A stretch of 64,000 bases of DNA from a virus (taxonomy: Duplodnaviria > Caudoviricetes): positions 717-64,716 of the IMG/VR virus record IMGVR_UViG_3300045581_000594; one strand, given 5' to 3'. The notes under the pieces were generated by a model, which was not told the DNA's origin, ran no database searches, and saw only the letters and a program-made list of their open reading frames with translations. The translations under genes and the position numbers were made by a program. Shown piece by piece: positions 58,866 through 64,000 of this stretch; positions within the stretch are counted from its first letter, which is position 1, and each line of letters begins with the position of its first letter.

Positions 58866-60647
58866 TTATTTGGAATAGAAGTCGGCGATCTGTCCTTCTG
58901 CAGCAACGGGAATATCCGGAATCCAGTCCGGCGGTTCACTCATGATACTGAGCGTTTTCGCCAGAGACTCTTCAGCCTCTGTTTCTGGAACTTCGATGAT
59001 TACCTCGTCGTGGACGTGCATGATAATAGGCAGACCTGCTCGGTCGAGCCTAAGAAGCATGTCAGAAAAAATATCCCGCGCAAGAGCTTGGCTCATATTT
59101 TCCACCACGTGACCGGAATAGACCTTTGTGTCACGGACACCGCCCATTCTGACGAGCTTCGAGATCAGATTAAAACGGCCGTTTGCCGCCCTCATCTTAC
59201 GCAGAACCCCGTAATCCAATACGCGACCCGAAGGCAGCTTTACCCGATACGGGACTCCCAGCGACTGGGACATGTTCATGTCGTTCCCTGTGGAATGCCA
59301 CAGATCCACGACAGGCTTCATCTTGCTGCGGTAGGTATCCACCGCCACTGTAGCCTCTTCCAGTGAGATATTGTTCTGCACCGCAAAACGGGCTGCCGAC
59401 ATCTGATACCCGCACCCAAGGACAGTAGCCTTGATCTTATGGCGGATTCCTCGCCCTGTCTTCTTATCGTATTCGCGTAGTTCTCCATTAGCCTCGTCGT
59501 GCATTCCGAGCAGGATGCCCATGCCGTGGTAGATATCGGAGCTCTCACGGATCAGTTTCATGGCTTTCTTGTCGCCTGACAACCACGCCAATGTCCTAAC
59601 CTCGATCTGGGAAAGGTCGGCGATAATCAACTTGTGGCCCTGCTTGGGGCGGATGAGATGCCTGAAGTTGACCCCGAACATCTCCTCACGCGGAAGGTTC
59701 TGGAGGTTCAAGGACGCACCACCCCCAGAGAAACGACCCGTGGGGTTCGCCCCGAAGTAGAGGAATCCCCCGTAATAACGCCCGTCGGTCATCGTGCCCA
59801 TGTCAAACGCTTCGAGCTTGGAGGCGAACGTGTTGATACGGCGGTAGTCGCTCACCGCCTTAGCCCAAGGGCACTGCTCAAGGTAGGTCTTATACCAAGC
59901 GTCCGCATCAGGGTTATCCTGAGCGAGGGACTTCGGTGGGGTAATGCCCTGCTTACGGCATTGAGCGTTGAACGCCTTACGCGACAGCGGTGTCTGCTCC
60001 CCGACCCAAGGGATCTGGCTTTCTGTGTCGAACAGCACTTGACGGATTTTGATTAGCGACTTCTCCAGAAGAGGAACATCGATGGGGATTCCCCGTTCAC
60101 TGACTTCCCTGTTTAACAAACTGATTCGACGCTCCTGCTCTGGCCACTCCGGTGACTTTTCCTGCCAGAGTTTAAGACAGATCTCGGCGTCGGTAATGGC
60201 GTAATCGACGACTCGTTTTCTGAAGTCCTCGTCCATGTTCTCCCAGCGATGACCCCGCATCGCCGAACGGGTATCCTTGTCCATTGCGAGTTTGAGCACA
60301 GTGGCCGATGCTTTCTTGAGGGAGCGCGGCAGCCCGAGGAAGGCGCACATGTCGGCGGAGCAGAAGGACTCGAACGAAACTTCTGGATACCAGCCTTGCT
60401 CCACGCCATAGTGGTAAAGGGCGATATCGAACTGGGCGTTGTGGCAGACGACGATGTTATCCTTGAGGACGTGCCAGTCAAACTTGCGGGGGTCTCCCGC
60501 GTACTTGTACCCGTTATCCCCTACAACAGTAACCAAGTAGGCATCAAATTCAGGGTGGGAGAAATAACCTCGTGGGCCGAGGGTTGTTACAGAGACGTCT
60601 TTGGAGTAGAATGTCTCGAAGTCGAGAGCGAAGGTAATTTTGGACAT
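58866..60647 (-). CDS. DNA polymerase family A with 3'-5' exonuclease
   Basis: LDFET, HNAQFD, YAITD, TGRFS, NLQNLPR, ADLSQIEVR, K.TVLG.GY and VHDEV. Confidence 0.95.
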   Translation of the reverse strand: MSKITFALDFETFYSKDVSVTTLGPRGYFSHPEFDAYLVTVVGDNGYKYAGDPRKFDWHVLKDNIVVCHNAQFDIALYHYGVEQGWYPEVSFESFCSADMCAFLGLPRSLKKASATVLKLAMDKDTRSAMRGHRWENMDEDFRKRVVDYAITDAEICLKLWQEKSPEWPEQERRISLLNREVSERGIPIDVPLLEKSLIKIRQVLFDTESQIPWVGEQTPLSRKAFNAQCRKQGITPPKSLAQDNPDADAWYKTYLEQCPWAKAVSDYRRINTFASKLEAFDMGTMTDGRYYGGFLYFGANPTGRFSGGGASLNLQNLPREEMFGVNFRHLIRPKQGHKLIIADLSQIEVRTLAWLSGDKKAMKLIRESSDIYHGMGILLGMHDEANGELREYDKKTGRGIRHKIKATVLGCGYQMSAARFAVQNNISLEEATVAVDTYRSKMKPVVDLWHSTGNDMNMSQSLGVPYRVKLPSGRVLDYGVLRKMRAANGRFNLISKLVRMGGVRDTKVYSGHVVENMSQALARDIFSDMLLRLDRAGLPIIMHVHDEVIIEVPETEAEESLAKTLSIMSEPPDWIPDIPVAAEGQIADFYSK

Positions 60648-60716
60648 GGTTTAAGATTTGTCGAGGTCGTGTGACGCCCCTCGCAGCGTATGTTAGTCTG
60701 GGGTCATGAGATGAGA

Positions 60717-60748
60717 AAGTGGCACACCAGACCCCTGATGTGCCACTT
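60717..60748. terminator. Hairpin after the SSB-like gene (putative terminator or processing site)
   Basis: AAGTGGCACA...TGTGCCACTT inverted repeat. Confidence 0.6.
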
Positions 60749-60765
60749 GGGTTTATAGGGTCAGA

Positions 60766-61452
60766 TCAGTCTTTGAGACTTTCTGCGAACTCCAGAACCT
60801 CCTGTGGGACTGCCTCCTTGGTGCTCGAAAGCATGGGGACGAACCACGAGTATTTGCCCTTGGCGAAGGGCTCGGAGCTGAATGTCCAGTAAACGCTGGA
60901 GACATCAACAAGTCCCCGATTCACTTTGTGGAAAGTGTACAGTCGCTTGTAGGTCATGCGATAAGCGTCCTTCTGGACAGTGATACGGCCGAGCTGGTAG
61001 TTCGTACCAGCGATCTCGTAAGGGAACGCGCTGTCATCCTCACCTGTCTGGGGAATGAGCAACACAATCTCAGCGAACTCGATGACTTCGTAAGAGCTGT
61101 CTTGGGCGAGGGCTTTCGCTTCCTCATCCGTAGACACCATCTTCGGGGTGTAGTCATCATCGAACGGGACATCTTCCTTGAAGCGTTTGACCGCCCCGAG
61201 AACGATTACTTTGAGTTTGTCCCCCGCCTCAGCGATCACATCTTCCTTATCGAGGACGATAGATCCGGTCGGACCTTCGATCTGGCTCATCTTTTGTACG
61301 ATGTTCAGTCGTGGGATCTCCAAGTCCGAGGAGGAAAAGGAAAGCGGTTGGGCTGCATCGACGCTGAGCTCTTGCTTAGGTGCTTCGGTTACGATTTCGG
61401 TTTGTGCCACCACTGCGGTAGCTTCTTCTTTTTTAGCTGCTTTGTTAGACAT
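60766..61452 (-). CDS. Putative single-stranded DNA-binding protein
   Basis: DLEIPRLNIVQKMS motif; position between Cas4-like nuclease and PolA. Confidence 0.6.
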   Translation of the reverse strand: MSNKAAKKEEATAVVAQTEIVTEAPKQELSVDAAQPLSFSSSDLEIPRLNIVQKMSQIEGPTGSIVLDKEDVIAEAGDKLKVIVLGAVKRFKEDVPFDDDYTPKMVSTDEEAKALAQDSSYEVIEFAEIVLLIPQTGEDDSAFPYEIAGTNYQLGRITVQKDAYRMTYKRLYTFHKVNRGLVDVSSVYWTFSSEPFAKGKYSWFVPMLSSTKEAVPQEVLEFAESLKD

Positions 61453-61532
61453 ACGATTATTGATTTATGGTTTACGATTTACCGATCTTTGCTTGTGCTG
61501 TTAGAGGTTTTCGGTGCTTCCCCTTACCCTAC

Positions 61533-62675
61533 CTATTTCGAGGTGAGAGTGAATCTTTGGGTTCCTTTTTCGACAATGTCCAGATCAAATGCTTCTTTTT
61601 CGAAGGCATCGGCTATTTTTGTCTTCTGCCCTTTAGGGGCTTTGGATTTGAGAACCTCAACCACGGAAGATAGACGCAGCTCGGATGCGGCGAATACCTC
61701 CTCTTCGGAGAGGCCATGTTGGATGGCGAGCTTTTTCAAATACTCTTGTTCTCGAACAACAGTATTGGCTCCCATTGATTTCAGCTTGAGCGTGGGGAAC
61801 TCTGTCCCAGCCAAAGCGACAGTCATAGCCTTGTGCTTGATGCTCGACGCCCAGTTCTCGACGATCTTCGCAACGTGGTAGAGTTTGTCCAAAGTCTCGA
61901 CATCCTCCACATCCGAAGAATTTATCGACCCTGCGGGCAGCATGTCTGGGCGGTAGCGTTTGGCTACCTCGATAACGAGGCATCCCATAGCCGGACAGTT
62001 TTCTTCGTGACGACAGAAACGACAGTTCACGTTTGGTGTCAAGGACTCGATCGGTGGTTGTCCCCCGTTCTGCCACAACGGGCGTGTCACCTCTGCCTCA
62101 CGGATGATCGTGGAGATCTCATCTCTGAGAGCCCCCATCTCATCGCGGGTGAACTCGTCGAGAAGCACCTGTTCCCTTTGCGGAACAAGAAACGCAAAGA
62201 AGATCTTCTGAACGTCTGGGAACATTTGGAACGCCGCTAAGGTGTACGCCTTTGCCTGATAGTTCGAGCGAGGAGGGTCAATCATTGAGATGCCAGTCTT
62301 GTAATCGATCAGGAGACCGACAGAGCCATAAAGAGCCACGATGTCGGATGTACCGAAAGTCGGAGTCTTGCAGTCAAGGTCAAGCGTGAGACGCATCTCG
62401 CGGTAAATCTCAGGGACAAAGGTAGACGGGAACACCGCATTAAACACTTCCGTCTCTTCAGCCAGAAGCGTGTCGTACATTTGTATCTCCTCTTCGCTCT
62501 CCAGAGCAGAGGGGTCTCGGATTTCAAGGGCTTCGTGGATACGAGTTCCCTTCTCGGCGGCAGCGTTGGAGCCGTCCTTGCCATGATATCCCTTACACAG
62601 GGCAACATACTTCAAGGAGGACGGACCGAACTCGGCGTGAGCAGGCAGATCAGCGACAGGTGAATTGGTGTCCAT
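61533..62675 (-). CDS. Cas4-like/DUF2800 PD-(D/E)XK exonuclease
   Basis: HAEFGPSS..C, GTRIHE, GTSD..IDYKTG, QAKAY and CRFC.....CP. Confidence 0.9.
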   Translation of the reverse strand: MDTNSPVADLPAHAEFGPSSLKYVALCKGYHGKDGSNAAAEKGTRIHEALEIRDPSALESEEEIQMYDTLLAEETEVFNAVFPSTFVPEIYREMRLTLDLDCKTPTFGTSDIVALYGSVGLLIDYKTGISMIDPPRSNYQAKAYTLAAFQMFPDVQKIFFAFLVPQREQVLLDEFTRDEMGALRDEISTIIREAEVTRPLWQNGGQPPIESLTPNVNCRFCRHEENCPAMGCLVIEVAKRYRPDMLPAGSINSSDVEDVETLDKLYHVAKIVENWASSIKHKAMTVALAGTEFPTLKLKSMGANTVVREQEYLKKLAIQHGLSEEEVFAASELRLSSVVEVLKSKAPKGQKTKIADAFEKEAFDLDIVEKGTQRFTLTSK

Positions 62676-62892
62676 ATTGGTTGAATAGCGATTTAACTTT
62701 TCCAGCATTGCTCTCGAAGTCGACCAAGCAGTTCTCAACTGCACGGCGCATCTGGGGGGATATGAGGGCAAACAATTCCTTGTCGGCTTTTACCTGACAG
62801 GCGAAGGATGTTAGAACATCCTGTGTGGGTTGTGGGTTCTCTAGGTGGGGGTAACCTGAGCAGTGTATTGGTTCATGTGTAACGTTTGGCAT
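62650..62892 (-). CDS. Hypothetical protein
   Basis: 80 aa behind a TTGACA promoter at about 62930. Confidence 0.5.
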   Translation of the reverse strand: MPNVTHEPIHCSGYPHLENPQPTQDVLTSFACQVKADKELFALISPQMRRAVENCLVDFESNAGKVKSLFNQYGHQFTCR

Positions 62893-62952
62893 AAGATTCG
62901 TGATGATAGTGAATTAAGTTCTAACGACTGTCAATTATTTTTCCAATTATTT

Positions 62953-63411
62953 CTACAAGAAGCGATGAGTCTTCGCTCCGTAAAGACAAATGAGGCACGC
63001 GTCAGCGATTGCATGGGTCATCTTGATGGACGGGATAAGCTCTTGGGCGCGGGCTTTGCTGACATTCTTGTCCCCTCCGGTTTTACATTGCATAGCCGTC
63101 TGCCACTCGACAGGCCGTATGCGGACAAAAGGAATATCATGGGCAGTCAAGCCCATCTCCAAATGCCCGAAGCCGTTGCCGAAGGTAAACGCCGAGGTGA
63201 CGCCCATCTTACGTCCTCCCCCACCGAAAGCTCCCGCATGGACTTGTTCAAGGTAGGCCATTATTTTACCACCAGAGTCCGAACGGATGTCCTGCAGCAA
63301 GTCTGAGAGATCCCGTAAAGTGTCTGGCATCTTCTCTACAGCCAAGGGTTTGTTGTAATGTTGCCACGCTATTCCGCCGGATTTTCCGGGATCTATGCCG
63401 ATGATTGTCAT
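62953..63411 (-). CDS. RuvC-like Holliday junction resolvase
   Basis: IIGIDPGKSGG, YLEQV, P..WQ and ADA. Confidence 0.9.
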   Translation of the reverse strand: MTIIGIDPGKSGGIAWQHYNKPLAVEKMPDTLRDLSDLLQDIRSDSGGKIMAYLEQVHAGAFGGGGRKMGVTSAFTFGNGFGHLEMGLTAHDIPFVRIRPVEWQTAMQCKTGGDKNVSKARAQELIPSIKMTHAIADACLICLYGAKTHRFL

Positions 63412-63434
63412 ATTAGTTTAGTTGTATGTTAGGA

Positions 63435-63881
63435 TTAAGGATGATCTGGGGTGACGGGTCTTTTTACTCGATCGTCGGTAAGCGTATCACACGCATAGGC
63501 GTCAAGAAGAATACAACACCCAGCTGCGATATGAGCAATATGAGATCTGCCAGACTCTGGGTCAAGGTCCTCCCCATCACGCCACGCATTAAGATGACGG
63601 AGGATGGCGTGCACGTAAGTATTGGTCACCACTCCGGTCTTCCTCCAGTTGTATTCCCCGTATTTCTTCGCTCCGAGTTTGAGAACATGGGCAATTTCCT
63701 CCATTGCTGGGGCGGGAATTAAGCCCAGCGGCGTCTTTTTGTTTCCCGCCTCTTGCTTGGGGTCTACCCCTCGTGCTGTATTTTTTGTGGGGTGACGCAT
63801 CAGTTTATCATACCCCTCATCGGAATACATGTCGGCCTCTCCGACTCCGTTGTGGCGGAGGGTCTGCGGTTGGTCACTCAT
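63435..63881 (-). CDS. DUF5664 (dATP/dGTP diphosphohydrolase-like) protein
   Basis: GAKKYGEYNWRK...ILRHL.AW.DGEDLDPESGRSHIAH. Confidence 0.88.
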   Translation of the reverse strand: MSDQPQTLRHNGVGEADMYSDEGYDKLMRHPTKNTARGVDPKQEAGNKKTPLGLIPAPAMEEIAHVLKLGAKKYGEYNWRKTGVVTNTYVHAILRHLNAWRDGEDLDPESGRSHIAHIAAGCCILLDAYACDTLTDDRVKRPVTPDHP

Positions 63882-64000
63882 CGCTCCCTCCTTTCACGGC
63901 GGCGAGGGCTTTGTAAGCTTGTTCAACCTCGCTATCAAATCCAGATGATCGGTAATCAAATGTTCCACCTCTTAGTTTTCCATCCATAAATACAGAGTTA
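63874..64000 (-). CDS. Partial ORF (C-terminus KALAAVKGGSDE) of the same family as 1-284
   Basis: 36/38-nt identity between 63875-63912 and 1-38. Confidence 0.7.
   Translation of the reverse strand, partial: NSVFMDGKLRGGTFDYRSSGFDSEVEQAYKALAAVKGGSDE

Larger units (their letters stand above)
1..64000. mobile_element. Tailed dsDNA bacteriophage genome (near-complete, probably podovirus-like)
   Basis: Terminase, portal, scaffold, major capsid, endolysin, PolA, primase-helicase and RuvC in phage-like modules; no host housekeeping genes. Confidence 0.97.

Noticed and set aside
61533-62675. Cas4 as part of a CRISPR-Cas system
   Set aside because: It is a stand-alone DUF2800-type exonuclease in the usual SSB/PolA replication context.
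63435-63881. Z-base (2-aminoadenine) or other modified-base pathway
   Set aside because: Only DUF5664 is present; no PurZ or other modification enzymes were recognised.
1-64000. Integrase (including intI), tRNA or rRNA genes, alternative genetic code
   Set aside because: None recognised; long ORFs are intact under the standard code with TAA, TGA and TAG all used as stops.

Overview
This window is most of the genome of a tailed dsDNA phage (Caudoviricetes), probably podovirus-like: there is no tape-measure gene, and three internal-virion/ejection-type genes include a 4486-aa giant. Modules: a minus-strand replication/middle region (56.7-64 kb, apparently continuing at 0-5.6 kb) with primase-helicase, family A DNA polymerase, SSB-like protein, Cas4-like exonuclease, RuvC, DUF5664 and SF2 helicase; terminase (5.6-7.4 kb); a Lys-rich/acidic/SET-domain cluster; ejection proteins (9.9-26.4 kb); a minus-strand early/accessory region (26.4-39.2 kb) with MoxR AAA, vWA and peptidase genes; and head, tail and lysis genes (40.6-56.2 kb). 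No integrase, tRNA, rRNA or CRISPR array was recognised. The main non-gene signals are: (1) two attC-like sites (303-354, 602-733) bounding an integron-type cassette whose gene is antisense, starts and stops inside the attC arms, and would excise in frame; (2) an early-gene array punctuated by nine TTAATYAC-N6-GTGATTAA palindromes and six conserved ~30-bp boxes, with five stop codons embedded in the palindrome and one inverted gene between sites of opposite spacer polarity; (3) a ~166-bp AT-rich palindromic element duplicated 30.5 kb apart and flanked by heptamer repeats. All protein calls come from motifs recognised by eye; no database search was run.
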